A stretch of DNA of 64,000 nucleotides from Candidatus Hydrothermarchaeum profundi (GCA_002011125.2 MTMF02000009.1:128001-192000), one strand, 5' to 3'. Positions 1 to 9,492 are shown, numbered from the stretch's first letter. The notes: generated from the letters alone by a model not told the origin. Numbers and translations are program-made.

Positions 1-435
1 AGTGACATCCGTAGAGCCTACATCCAGACCAATTTTTTCCACTTCTTTTACGAGATCAGGAATCTTGTCATGCGGTACTTCGATAAGCTCTATATCGCTT
101 GTAGTTGCAAATAGATGAATAAGGCTCCCACTATATTTTTCAGCGATTCTACATAGCTCTCGGCACATTTTCGTGGTGAAAAAAAGTCCTGGTGGAGGGA
201 ATATGCGTACAACACTTGATTCCTTTATTATATCAGGTCTTTTGGATGCCCGGGCAATTATACCACTAGGTACTCCGAATATTGAAATGTACCCGCCTCC
301 CCGCCACTGGCTAACTTTGTTCTGTAAGGCTTCTTCATACATCATTATAGAATACTGTGATTTCTTTAACTCCGATGCATGACTGGGCCATGGTCCTTTA
401 CAAAGCTCGTCTACAAGAGGAGTATTTAATGTCAT
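1..435 (-). CDS. Divergent dissimilatory sulfite reductase alpha-like protein, N-terminal 145 aa (runs off window edge; not in ORF track)
   Basis: Manual translation MTLNTPLVDELCKGPWPSHASEL...QWRGGG...VRIFPPPG...GLDVGST resembles the DsrA N-terminus (TPxxDELxKGPWPS, WxxGG). Confidence 0.7.
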   Translation of the reverse strand, partial: MTLNTPLVDELCKGPWPSHASELKKSQYSIMMYEEALQNKVSQWRGGGYISIFGVPSGIIARASKRPDIIKESSVVRIFPPPGLFFTTKMCRELCRIAEKYSGSLIHLFATTSDIELIEVPHDKIPDLVKEVEKIGLDVGSTDVT

Positions 436-590
436 AATTCTTTCTCGACTTATTTACTCATTAATTTTTTAATAAAAATATATCTGCTTTAAATTAAATA
501 TAAATAAAGTAAAATCGCTTTAAATTAAAATAGGTCTGTGCAGATTTTTTCACATCTGAATAAAAAGTAGCGTTTTTTAAACAGACTTTC

Positions 591-1292
591 TTATTTACCT
601 CTAAAAAAAGCCTTATCTACATTGCAACTGATGATCTTAACCAGCTTTTTCATATCATCATCGCTTAAAACTCTCGAATTCCTAAGGCCCCTGTCCATAG
701 CAAATCTCGGCTGGAATTTCTGTAATACGTAAAGTTTAGCTCCTTTTATATCCCTCGAAATTTGCTCTATGTCCCTAAAAGTATGTAAAGACGGAACTAC
801 AGTCGTCCTAAACTCGTACTCTACTCCACTATTCTTTATTAAATTTACACTCTCTCTAATCTTATCAACTTCGCATCGCACTCCACTGACTTCAGAATAC
901 TGCTCTTCATTTAAGGGAGCTTTTATGTCCATAGCAATATAGTCCACAAGGTCTTTTTCCAAAAGCCTTCTAACAACTGTAGGGTTAGTGCCATTCGTAT
1001 CGAGTTTTATCTTTATCCCCAGCTTCTTCACTCTCTCGCAAAACTTATCTAGTCCTTTTTGTAATGTTGGCTCACCGCCTGTAATACAAACTCCATCTAT
1101 AAAGTCATTATGCTTAGTGAGAAAATCAAAAATTTCCTCTTCTTTAACATCTTCATACTGCTCAGGGTTAAGAACTAACCCATGATTATGGCAAAAAGGA
1201 CATCGTAGGTTACATCCCGGAGTAAAGACTGTGCATGCTACCTTTCCATCCCAATCTAGGAAAGTTGTATCGATAAATCCTTTAATTTGCAT
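591..1292 (-). CDS. nrdG: Anaerobic RNR activating enzyme (radical SAM)
   Basis: GCNLRCPFCHN radical SAM motif, ITGGEP; in nrdD operon. Confidence 0.92.
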   Translation of the reverse strand: MQIKGFIDTTFLDWDGKVACTVFTPGCNLRCPFCHNHGLVLNPEQYEDVKEEEIFDFLTKHNDFIDGVCITGGEPTLQKGLDKFCERVKKLGIKIKLDTNGTNPTVVRRLLEKDLVDYIAMDIKAPLNEEQYSEVSGVRCEVDKIRESVNLIKNSGVEYEFRTTVVPSLHTFRDIEQISRDIKGAKLYVLQKFQPRFAMDRGLRNSRVLSDDDMKKLVKIISCNVDKAFFRGK

Positions 1293-1528
1293 ATCTCATT
1301 CCTGTCCGGTATCTCTCCTCTCCAAGAGCGAAGCTCATTATCATCATCATCAACTATAATTGTAGTAGGAGTTGAAAGCACGCTATAAAATGCTGCTTCT
1401 GCCATTCCATCCACGTCTTCAATGTTAAAGTACTCAACCGCGATTCCATCTTTCTCTAAACTTTTACAGATTTCTTTCGTAGGGGGACATTTAGAGCAAT
1501 TTTCTTGCCAGAATAGCTTGACTTTCAT
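1256..1528 (-). CDS. nrdH: Thioredoxin/NrdH-like redoxin
   Basis: CSKC motif, cis-Pro loop STP; between nrdD and nrdG. Confidence 0.8.
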   Translation of the reverse strand: MKVKLFWQENCSKCPPTKEICKSLEKDGIAVEYFNIEDVDGMAEAAFYSVLSTPTTIIVDDDDNELRSWRGEIPDRNEICKLKDLSIQLS

Positions 1529-1546
1529 TTCAGTTACCTCCGAACT

Positions 1547-1578
1547 AAAAAATTTGAGGGACCTCTCCTCCTCTCAAA
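1547..1578 (-). terminator. Hairpin plus U6 tract within nrd operon
   Basis: Minus strand TTTGAG-A-GGA-ggagagg-TCC-CTCAAA followed by TTTTTT. Confidence 0.45.
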
Positions 1579-1590
1579 ACGCGGGGTTAC

Positions 1591-1740
1591 TTAGTTGGCG
1601 AAATGCCATCTATCCCTCGCCATCCGGTCCCTCAGTTCTCCTATTTTTCCCTTATTCCAACCTTCTACTTTTGAGAAAAACCCTGTCACTCTCGTGATGT
1701 GTTCTACGTTTTCTGAGCCACAGCATGGACATCTATCCAT
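1591..1740 (-). CDS. Stand-alone glycyl-radical domain of class III RNR (49 aa)
   Basis: MDRCPCCGSENVEHITRVTGFF...WNKGKIGELRDR is the NrdD C-terminus with RVTG radical motif; own SD GGAGGTGA at 1746-1753. Confidence 0.88.
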   Translation of the reverse strand: MDRCPCCGSENVEHITRVTGFFSKVEGWNKGKIGELRDRMARDRWHFAN

Positions 1741-1756
1741 CTTTTTCACCTCCTTT

Positions 1757-3697
1757 TTATAGTCCTCTTGTTGTACGCCCACAATCCAGGCAGCTTGTAA
1801 ACTCGGGGCTAAATGCGATTTGATCGTTTTGAGTATTTTTGAATGTTTTAACTACAAAACTCGCTATTCCGCCTGGATCAGGCCTCGCTTCACCAATCCA
1901 TATATGGGAGAGCGATCCTGCTTCTATTAATGGGTGAAACATTCCTTCTTTTTTAACTCTCTCAATCGGGCTTAGAGGCACTCCAACGTTAAGATAAGTC
2001 GAATTAGTATAATAAATTTCATTTTTTTCAACAATCCCTTTAACTACCGTAAGCGCTTCGTCTCTGTAATGCTCCAAATCTAGTTTGGCCATTCTATAAG
2101 CAGTACTTTCCGCGGGAGTTTGCTCTAGAACAAATCTAAGTCCATATTTCTCCCCAAGTCTTTCTGCCTCTTTTTTCATGAAAGCAATCACTCTTAGACC
2201 AAATTTCAAGGCTTGATTTGACTCATGCATCTCCTCTCCAGTATGGTATTGTACGAGCTCGTTTAAACCCACCATCCCAAAGAGGAAAGTTGCTCTGTGC
2301 AATCTATAATATGGTTCTCCATCTCTATTCATAGAGAGCAAGCTTAGGGGGCCCTGATTTTTCATGTCCAATAATTTCTTAATAAAGTTCCTCTTGTAGA
2401 CATGTGCTCTAGCCATAAGCTCCATTCTTTCAGTTATTATCTCGAAGAGCCTCTCATCACTTCCGCCCGCTTCATACGCCACTCTCGGGAGGTTGAGGGT
2501 TACATTTTGCATGGCTGAATAGCGCATCTTCCATGGAGTTTTTGCATCCTCAAAATCTGATTTCTCAAGCTTAAAGGAAAGCCGGCAGCACTCACTTATC
2601 TTTGCTGTTTCACCCCGGTCGAATACGTAATAAGTGTTACCTTTATCAGAAGAAACATCAGAGATTAGGTAAAGGAAATCCTCGTATCCTTCCGTTTTGA
2701 ATAATCTCTCTGTTATGTGTACCTGAGGTTTGGGGAAAAAGAAGGGTCTTCCAAGGCCATCACCTTCTTTGTATACTTTGAAAAGCGCTATAGCAAATTT
2801 CTGAGATTCTTCGATATAATCCTCATAGTTATTCCCCGTAAATTTTCCTCCAGGACCTATAGCAGGAACTCCAATAAAGTGTTTTGGTATTTCCCAATAT
2901 ATATTCAAATCAGAGAATATAGACTGCCCCCCACGAGCCACGCTTTGCTGAGCAAACTCAAAGATAAGCATCTGTGCTAACTGTTCTAGTTTCTCATTAT
3001 CCACTCCTACAAGATAAGGTGCAAAAAATAGGTTTACTGCGTCCCATCCGATAGCTCCCGCAAAATTGCCTTGAAGTGCTGCAGAAAACTTTATCATTTG
3101 CCCTATTAGAACTTCAGGATGTTTAGCTGGCTTTGATATAGATATTGCGTTAGGGAGGCTTAAACCAAACTTTTTTACATATTCTAGCGAGTTTCCAGAA
3201 CAGTATGGCCTATCTATCATTCCTAAATCATGTAAATGGAAATCCCCTTTCTCATGAGCTACAGCAATTTCTGGAGGAAATATTTTTAAAAGTGCATATT
3301 GCTTCTTTATTGACTCTGCCAAGGTTAGATTCGTAGCTTCAGGGCCATGAGGTACATTGGCGTTTTCTCTATTTCGTGATATAAGCATTTGATCTACATC
3401 ATATATTGGTAACCCTAACCGGGTATGCTGTTTTCTCTCCTCTTCCAATCCATATTCTATGAGTTTCCCATTTACAACTTCACGTATTAGAGGAGCCGTG
3501 ATAAACTTTATCTTAGATTTAATTATGGTTTCTTCGACTTCCTTACTTATTTTTTCAGCAAGTTCGGGGGATATGGTGGTTTCTCTAAGAAGTGCTTCCA
3601 CTATACTTTTTCTGTCCCATTTAACTACATCCTCTCTTGAAACCTTAACAAAGAGGGCAGCATCGGTTGAATCGTTTGAAACTATCATTCCAATCAC
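1757..3697 (-). CDS. nrdD: Anaerobic (class III) ribonucleoside-triphosphate reductase, large fragment lacking the glycyl loop
   Basis: ATP-cone, ENAN, HLHDL, RGGQ, ECCRL, YYTNS motifs; ends CLDCGRTTRGL. Confidence 0.93.
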   Translation of the reverse strand: MIGMIVSNDSTDAALFVKVSREDVVKWDRKSIVEALLRETTISPELAEKISKEVEETIIKSKIKFITAPLIREVVNGKLIEYGLEEERKQHTRLGLPIYDVDQMLISRNRENANVPHGPEATNLTLAESIKKQYALLKIFPPEIAVAHEKGDFHLHDLGMIDRPYCSGNSLEYVKKFGLSLPNAISISKPAKHPEVLIGQMIKFSAALQGNFAGAIGWDAVNLFFAPYLVGVDNEKLEQLAQMLIFEFAQQSVARGGQSIFSDLNIYWEIPKHFIGVPAIGPGGKFTGNNYEDYIEESQKFAIALFKVYKEGDGLGRPFFFPKPQVHITERLFKTEGYEDFLYLISDVSSDKGNTYYVFDRGETAKISECCRLSFKLEKSDFEDAKTPWKMRYSAMQNVTLNLPRVAYEAGGSDERLFEIITERMELMARAHVYKRNFIKKLLDMKNQGPLSLLSMNRDGEPYYRLHRATFLFGMVGLNELVQYHTGEEMHESNQALKFGLRVIAFMKKEAERLGEKYGLRFVLEQTPAESTAYRMAKLDLEHYRDEALTVVKGIVEKNEIYYTNSTYLNVGVPLSPIERVKKEGMFHPLIEAGSLSHIWIGEARPDPGGIASFVVKTFKNTQNDQIAFSPEFTSCLDCGRTTRGL

Positions 3698-3904
3698 TTC
3701 GGTATTCTAACAAAATATCATTTATGTGTTAATGTAATAAACAAATTTTGATTATATAAGCTTTTCTATGTGATGATGTTAACATATTACTGCATATTTA
3801 TTTATAAAATTAACTAAATTTCCTTGGAAGTAAAATACTATTTTTAAAAATAGTTTGAAAGTCTAACATATGAGCTACCCAAAAACACATTTAATAAAAA
3901 ATTT

Positions 3905-4618
3905 TTATTCTCCTTCCAACTTATACTTCAAAAAAAGTTCTTTTAACCGAGGTATCAACTCACAATTCTTTTTAATGTACAATACATATCGGGGGTGATA
4001 GATATTTCTCTCTCTATCCCGCATTATAAAAGGTTCAAAAGGAAAAGTTAAATGGGCTTCTTTTACTTCTTTATCTTCGCCTATATCAATCATTTTAAAA
4101 GACACATCTTCTTTAATATCGCAATAAATAGGAGGAACTACTTTTTCTTTTCCCTTGGTGCTAGCAATTTTGGGGGCTGCTTCTTCATCCCAAGCTTTCT
4201 TAAACTCGGGCCTAAGTATAAAATAGATTTTTTTAGTCTTAGAACTCTCTATGGCTGGCTTTAAAAGTTTTTCATACATCTCAGGTCTCCTAAATCCAAG
4301 GGGAGTATTGAACCACCACATCTCCCCCCTATTTCTAAGAGCAAATTCTTCGCCTTCTTTCAGTAAATCTGATGGCCCAATCAGTTCAATTTCCAGCTCT
4401 TTGCCTAGTCGCTCTTCAATTCTTAACAATTTTTTAGATTCTTCTTCATCTCTTACAGCCTGATGAAGAGCATGCAATGCTAGTAATAGCAAGATAAGGG
4501 ATATAAGATATTTTTCAGGTAGCATTCCTACGTGATGTAGGATTATCCCTAAAAAACTAGCTGCCACTAAAATAAGTACATCCAGATTCTTTTCTAGATT
4601 AGAAAGCCATTTTATCAT
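3905..4618 (-). CDS. Hypothetical protein with two N-terminal TM helices
   Basis: 237-aa ORF, hydrophobic N-terminus, no recognised motif. Confidence 0.6.
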   Translation of the reverse strand: MIKWLSNLEKNLDVLILVAASFLGIILHHVGMLPEKYLISLILLLLALHALHQAVRDEEESKKLLRIEERLGKELEIELIGPSDLLKEGEEFALRNRGEMWWFNTPLGFRRPEMYEKLLKPAIESSKTKKIYFILRPEFKKAWDEEAAPKIASTKGKEKVVPPIYCDIKEDVSFKMIDIGEDKEVKEAHLTFPFEPFIMRDRERNIYHPRYVLYIKKNCELIPRLKELFLKYKLEGE

Positions 4619-4666
4619 ACTATGAGTATTGTTTCCCTTTACATAAATATGATTACATAAAATCCA

Positions 4667-5341
4667 CTAAAACATTAGGGACAACCATTTTGTAAAGAAG
4701 TCTGTGGAGCTTTCCTTTATATAAGTCAAATGCTCCGAGGTCTTAGATAGCCCTCTTACTCTAATTCCACTTTTATCACTCCAAGCATTTATCATCTCAT
4801 CTGTCATTTCTAAATGAAATTGAAGCGCATAAATGTTGCCTACCTTAAATGCCTGATTTTTATATAGAGTTGACGTTGCAAGCCGTATTGCTTTTTTAGG
4901 CAGATCAAAAGTATCACCGTGCCATTGAAATACTGGAAAACTTTGATGAAAACTACGAAAGAGAAAATCTTTTTGGCCTTCTTTCGTTAGTCTAACTCGA
5001 TACCACCCTATTTCTTTTTTATGCCCGGCATAGACTTTCGCCCCAAATGCTTTAGCAATAAGCTGGCACCCTAGACAAATACCAAGTAAAGGTTTACCTT
5101 GTAAAAAAGCTTCTTTAATTATCGAAATCTCTTCTTTCAAAAAAGGATATTTTTTATCATCATACACCCCCATAGGTCCCCCCAGAATGAGTATACCTCT
5201 ATAATTATCAAGAGAGGGGATCTTCTCTCCTTTGAATATTTTTACATAGCGATAATTAAAACCTTCATCTACTATTATGTCTTCCAGTATACCCAGAGTT
5301 TCTCCATTAGCATTTTGAAGAGCTAGAATCTTATAAGCCAC
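4667..5341 (-). CDS. Class I glutamine amidotransferase-like protein
   Basis: ILGGPMG, LGICLG, QFHLE catalytic triad motifs. Confidence 0.88.
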   Translation of the reverse strand: MAYKILALQNANGETLGILEDIIVDEGFNYRYVKIFKGEKIPSLDNYRGILILGGPMGVYDDKKYPFLKEEISIIKEAFLQGKPLLGICLGCQLIAKAFGAKVYAGHKKEIGWYRVRLTKEGQKDFLFRSFHQSFPVFQWHGDTFDLPKKAIRLATSTLYKNQAFKVGNIYALQFHLEMTDEMINAWSDKSGIRVRGLSKTSEHLTYIKESSTDFFTKWLSLMF

Positions 5342-5403
5342 TTCTAACCCTCTATAACCTACAACTTGGAACCGTTTGCGGAAAAACAGCGGTATGAGTA
5401 AGC

Positions 5404-5685
5404 TTATTTCTTTTTTAACAGCTCGTTGAGTTGCTTTTCTTGGACATATCCTTCAACTTTTATATCGACGTTTTCTATACCTTTGATCTCTTTTATCTTC
5501 TCTTTAATAGCAAAAGCAAGCTGTGTACCCAACGGGCAGTAGGGGCTTGAGGGAATGAAAGTTAAACTGACATTACCATCTTTGACGGAGAGGTCCTTTA
5601 TTAATCCCATATCATAAACATTCATATTGGTATGTGGGTCCATAACCTTTTTGAGACTTTGAATAACTTCATCCTCAGAAACCAT
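5404..5685 (-). CDS. DUF59/SufT-like Fe-S assembly protein
   Basis: VMDP..NVYDMGLI..PYCP pattern. Confidence 0.85.
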   Translation of the reverse strand: MVSEDEVIQSLKKVMDPHTNMNVYDMGLIKDLSVKDGNVSLTFIPSSPYCPLGTQLAFAIKEKIKEIKGIENVDIKVEGYVQEKQLNELLKKK

Positions 5686-5694
5686 ATTGTCACC

Positions 5695-5919
5695 TCACTT
5701 TTTTTTAAGTTCTTTTAACTTTTCTTCTCCTACGCATTTCTCTGCAAATGAGCACCACTGAACACATGAACTAAGATCCCGGTATACAACTCCCCCACAT
5801 TCACATTCAGCTTTTGTCTCGTCAGTAAAGATCTCAACATCCTTGCCGCATTTTGGACAAGGCAACAATTCTATAGTTGGCCTCAATACACCAGAACTGC
5901 CTGGACATCTCATCTCCAT
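5695..5919 (-). CDS. Small Cys-rich metal-binding protein
   Basis: CPG..CPKCG..EIFTDE..CECG..CVQWC..AEKC. Confidence 0.7.
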   Translation of the reverse strand: MEMRCPGSSGVLRPTIELLPCPKCGKDVEIFTDETKAECECGGVVYRDLSSCVQWCSFAEKCVGEEKLKELKKK

Positions 5920-6100
5920 TTTTATCCCCTATATTTATCCATTACTCCTAAGATTTATTTTTGGCTAAATAGATTTTTAATTAATAAGATTTAGTTAACA
6001 TATATAAAGTTAATTGCTATAAAATATAATGATTAATTAGATATGTATTTGTTTTAAAAGAAAAAGATTTATAAAGTAGAATAATATATAGGCTATAAAT

Positions 6101-6679
6101 ATGCTAAAAGAAAAACCTGATTTCGATAAAAAAGATAGACAAATATTATCGCTTTTTAGAGAGAATCCTGAAATTTCACAGAGCGAAATTGCCGAGAAAA
6201 TAGGTATTTCTCAGCCATCTGTAGGGGTTAGGTTGAAGAAATTAAGGAATAAGGGAGCTATTTCTCATGTTGTTGGGATGAATTTCAAACGAGTTGGGCT
6301 TTATTTAGCAAAAGTCGACCTTACAACAAAAGATACATCTAAAGTATTAAATTTCTTTAGAGACTGTCCTTATTTCCTAAATGGGCTAATAACCTCCGGA
6401 AAGTATAATTTATGCCTCTTTTTTATGAGCGAGGATATTATATCGCTGGAAGCAATAGTAGACGCTCATTTAAGGCAAAACCCAGATGTAACAGATATCG
6501 ACTTTAACATTGTTATAAGTCCTGTAAGTGACCTTGTATTTCCGGTAAGAATGAATTTTGAGAAAAAGTCTGTACCTCCCTGTGGTTATAAAAAAACCTG
6601 TGCAAAATGCTCATATTATACTCCTGAGCACTGCCTTGGTTGTCCAGTAACGGGCCATTATCGTGGGAAGTTGTGGTAA
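6101..6679 (+). CDS. Lrp/AsnC family regulator with C-terminal Cys cluster
   Basis: N-terminal HTH, RAM-like domain, tail PCG..CAKC..HCLGCP. Confidence 0.85.
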   Translation: MLKEKPDFDKKDRQILSLFRENPEISQSEIAEKIGISQPSVGVRLKKLRNKGAISHVVGMNFKRVGLYLAKVDLTTKDTSKVLNFFRDCPYFLNGLITSGKYNLCLFFMSEDIISLEAIVDAHLRQNPDVTDIDFNIVISPVSDLVFPVRMNFEKKSVPPCGYKKTCAKCSYYTPEHCLGCPVTGHYRGKLW

Positions 6680-6738
6680 AAAAAGGGGAGAGGACTCCTC
6701 AAGGAAGGAGAGGAGGAGAGAATTTTCGGAGTCCCCAT
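6678..6738 (-). ncRNA. Candidate small RNA with CU-rich loop (or bidirectional terminator)
   Basis: GGACTCC/GGAGTCC stem (6692-6698/6728-6734), pyrimidine-rich loop, U7 tail, TATA-like element at 6761-6768. Confidence 0.35.
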
Positions 6739-6870
6739 AATAAAACAATATTAGATAGCTTATATATTTTTCTGTTATAAAATATATGTAATATATCATA
6801 TTTGATTATAAAAAATTGTAAAATTGCCTAGAGAATTTATTTACTAAAATTTAGCATTATTAAAAAAGTT

Positions 6871-7398
6871 TTAAAACTCTATGCCCTCCTGAGCCTCAAT
6901 ACCTTTTTCATACGGATGCTTCACAAAACACATTTCTGTAACCAAATCAGCCTTCTCGATAAACTCTTTTGGTGCCCTTCTACCAGTTAACACTACGACA
7001 GTCTCCTCTGGGATTTCTTCAAGCAAGGCTAGAACCTCTTCTTTTTTAACGATATTAAAGTGGGCTGCGAGATTAATTTCATCTAATATCAAAAGTCTAG
7101 GTTTCATCTTCAGGATTTTTCTAGCAAATTTAAGTCCTTCCGAAGCAAGTTCAAAGTCTTTTGGTGACGGATTCCTAAAATCAATAAACTCCTTACGCCC
7201 AAACTGATAAATTTCGTATTCTGGAGCTAGTCTTTCTTTTATCTTATATTCACCTACAAATTTCCTACCTTTCATAAACTGGACTATTATGACTTTATAT
7301 CCATGCCCTACCGCCCTTAAGGCCATACCTAATGCATTGGTAGTTTTTCCTTCCCCTTCACCGGTATAAAGATAAATTAAGCCTCTTCTCATATTCAA
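6871..7398 (-). CDS. cobO: Cob(I)alamin adenosyltransferase (CobA/CobO/BtuR)
   Basis: YTGEGEGKTT, QFMKG, ILDEIN, VLTGR, KHPY..G. Confidence 0.92.
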   Translation of the reverse strand: MNMRRGLIYLYTGEGEGKTTNALGMALRAVGHGYKVIIVQFMKGRKFVGEYKIKERLAPEYEIYQFGRKEFIDFRNPSPKDFELASEGLKFARKILKMKPRLLILDEINLAAHFNIVKKEEVLALLEEIPEETVVVLTGRRAPKEFIEKADLVTEMCFVKHPYEKGIEAQEGIEF

Positions 7399-7401
7399 GC
7401 C

Positions 7402-9492
7402 TCATAGTGGGCATTCCCCAGTAATGCAGCCACCAGAGAATTCAGAGTCCGCCACTATCCCCTCCCCCGTTTCTTTTTTTAGACCGCCAACTACTAACAC
7501 CTGTTTTTCTTTACTGCCATAGCGATATACTGTAATGCCCTTGCATTTCATCTTATAAGCCATCATAAAGATTTTCCTGATATCTTCTAAAGTAGCATTA
7601 GCAGGTAAATTAACAGTTTTAGAAACAGCATTATCTACATATTTTTGGAAGGCTGCCTGCATCTTAACATGCCACTCAGGCGCAACATCTAGAGAGGTAA
7701 CAAATACTCTTTTAATATCTTCAGGTATTCCTTGAATGCCTTGGATGGTTCCATAGCGAGAAATCTTTATCATTAGATCATTGCTGTAAAATCCCCTCTC
7801 TTTAGCCACTTCCTCGAATACTGGGTTCACCTCCAACAGCTGGGTTCCCATAACGTTTCTCATAAAGCTCAGTGCAAAGATGGGTTCAATACTGGATGTG
7901 GTGCCAGCAATTATGCTTATAGTCCCAGTCGGTGCAATGCTATTCACAGTCGCATTCCTCATTCCTTTATATTTCCCCTTCCAAATGCTTTTTTCAAAAT
8001 TGGGAAAAGATCCGCGCTCTTCAGCAAGCTCTAATGACTTTTTTCTGGACTCCTCGCTTATGAATTTCATTATCTTCTCAGCGGTCTTTAAAGCTTCCTT
8101 AGAGTCATAAGGGATAGAGAGCTTCGCCAGCATCTCAGCAAGCCCCATAACTCCTAGACCTATTTTCCGATTATTCTTAGTGGTTATCTCTATTTGTTTG
8201 ATGGGATACTTGTTCGCATCAATAACGTTATCCAGAAAATGAATTCCAAGCCTAATGGTTTCTCTTAGTTTCTCCCAATCTATCTCTCCATCCTTCACCA
8301 TCTTAGAGAGATTAACTGAACCTAGATTACATGACTCATAGGGTAAAAGGGGAACCTCCCCACAGGGGTTAGTGCTTTCTATAACACCAAGTTTTCTCAA
8401 TGGATGCCTCCGATTAATTTCATCCAAAAAAACTAAACCTGGGTCACCAGTGCGCCAAGCCATGGTCACTATTAGGTCAAAAACATCTCGCGCCCTCAAT
8501 TTTCCTACAGGCTTCCCAGTTCTAGGATTAATTAATTCATATTCCTCATCTTTTTTTACTGCCTCCATAAATACGTCAGTTACCCCCACCGATATGTTAA
8601 AGTTGTCCAAAAATCCTTCTTTCTCCTTAGCTGTTATAAACTCTATAATATCAGGGTGGTCCACTCTAAGAATACCCATATTAGCTCCTCTTCGTCTACC
8701 TCCCTGCTTTATCACCTCAGTTGCCTGATCAAATACACGCATAAATGAGACCGGTCCTGAAGCGACTCCTTTGGTTGTACGTACAATGTCTCCTCTAGGT
8801 CTTAGCCTAGAAAACGAAAAACCTGTTCCCCCACCAGACTGGTGTATTAGACTCATATCCCTCAATGTCTCAAATATGCTCTTCAAAGAATCTTCAATTG
8901 GGAGGACAAAACAAGCACTTAACTGCCCAAGATCCGTACCTGCATTCATGAGAGTCGGAGAATTTGGTAGAAAATTAAGAGATGCCATGGCATTATAGAA
9001 ACTCTCTTCAGACTTCTCTACGTCCCCACCATATCTCTTATCTATTGCTGCGATAGCCTTAGCTACCCTCCTAAACATCCCAGAAGGAGTTTCTATTATA
9101 TTTCCGTTTTCATCCTTTAAGAGATAACGCCTTTCCAGTACCCTAATCGCATTTAGGTTTAGCTTAAGTTCGTCTTTTTCAACTCCCAAAAGTTTTTTAG
9201 CTTCTCTTACCTCAGTTCGCTTTTGTCTATAAAGAATGTATGCCTTAGCTACTCTTGCATGGCCATTCTTAATTAATACCTCCTCAACTATGTCCTGAAC
9301 ATCCTCAACGCTGGGGATAGCATTCTTGAATCTCTCTTTGAGAATTTCAACTACTTGTTGAGACATCTCCCTAGCAAGGTCTCCATCCCTTTCTTTAACA
9401 GCTAGGATAGCTTTTTGTATTGCAATAGTTATCTTTTGCGAATCAAACGGGACTAGTCTTCCATCTCTCTTGCGTATTTTTTCCATTTTCAA
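7402..9492 (-). CDS. nrdJ: Class II (AdoCbl-dependent) ribonucleotide reductase with ATP-cone
   Basis: [28 protein letters not shown]; next to cobO; no intein seen. Confidence 0.93.
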   Translation of the reverse strand: MKMEKIRKRDGRLVPFDSQKITIAIQKAILAVKERDGDLAREMSQQVVEILKERFKNAIPSVEDVQDIVEEVLIKNGHARVAKAYILYRQKRTEVREAKKLLGVEKDELKLNLNAIRVLERRYLLKDENGNIIETPSGMFRRVAKAIAAIDKRYGGDVEKSEESFYNAMASLNFLPNSPTLMNAGTDLGQLSACFVLPIEDSLKSIFETLRDMSLIHQSGGGTGFSFSRLRPRGDIVRTTKGVASGPVSFMRVFDQATEVIKQGGRRRGANMGILRVDHPDIIEFITAKEKEGFLDNFNISVGVTDVFMEAVKKDEEYELINPRTGKPVGKLRARDVFDLIVTMAWRTGDPGLVFLDEINRRHPLRKLGVIESTNPCGEVPLLPYESCNLGSVNLSKMVKDGEIDWEKLRETIRLGIHFLDNVIDANKYPIKQIEITTKNNRKIGLGVMGLAEMLAKLSIPYDSKEALKTAEKIMKFISEESRKKSLELAEERGSFPNFEKSIWKGKYKGMRNATVNSIAPTGTISIIAGTTSSIEPIFALSFMRNVMGTQLLEVNPVFEEVAKERGFYSNDLMIKISRYGTIQGIQGIPEDIKRVFVTSLDVAPEWHVKMQAAFQKYVDNAVSKTVNLPANATLEDIRKIFMMAYKMKCKGITVYRYGSKEKQVLVVGGLKKETGEGIVADSEFSGGCITGECPL

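Noticed and set aside
1741-1782. Longer 63-aa version of the small nrdD ORF, or a frameshift/sequencing-error explanation of the split
   Set aside because: The extension merely translates the SD-containing spacer. A stop plus perfect SD plus ATG is not what a single indel produces, although reads should still be checked.
7402-9492. Intein in nrdJ (or nrdD)
   Set aside because: Normal lengths, colinear motifs, no splice-junction signatures
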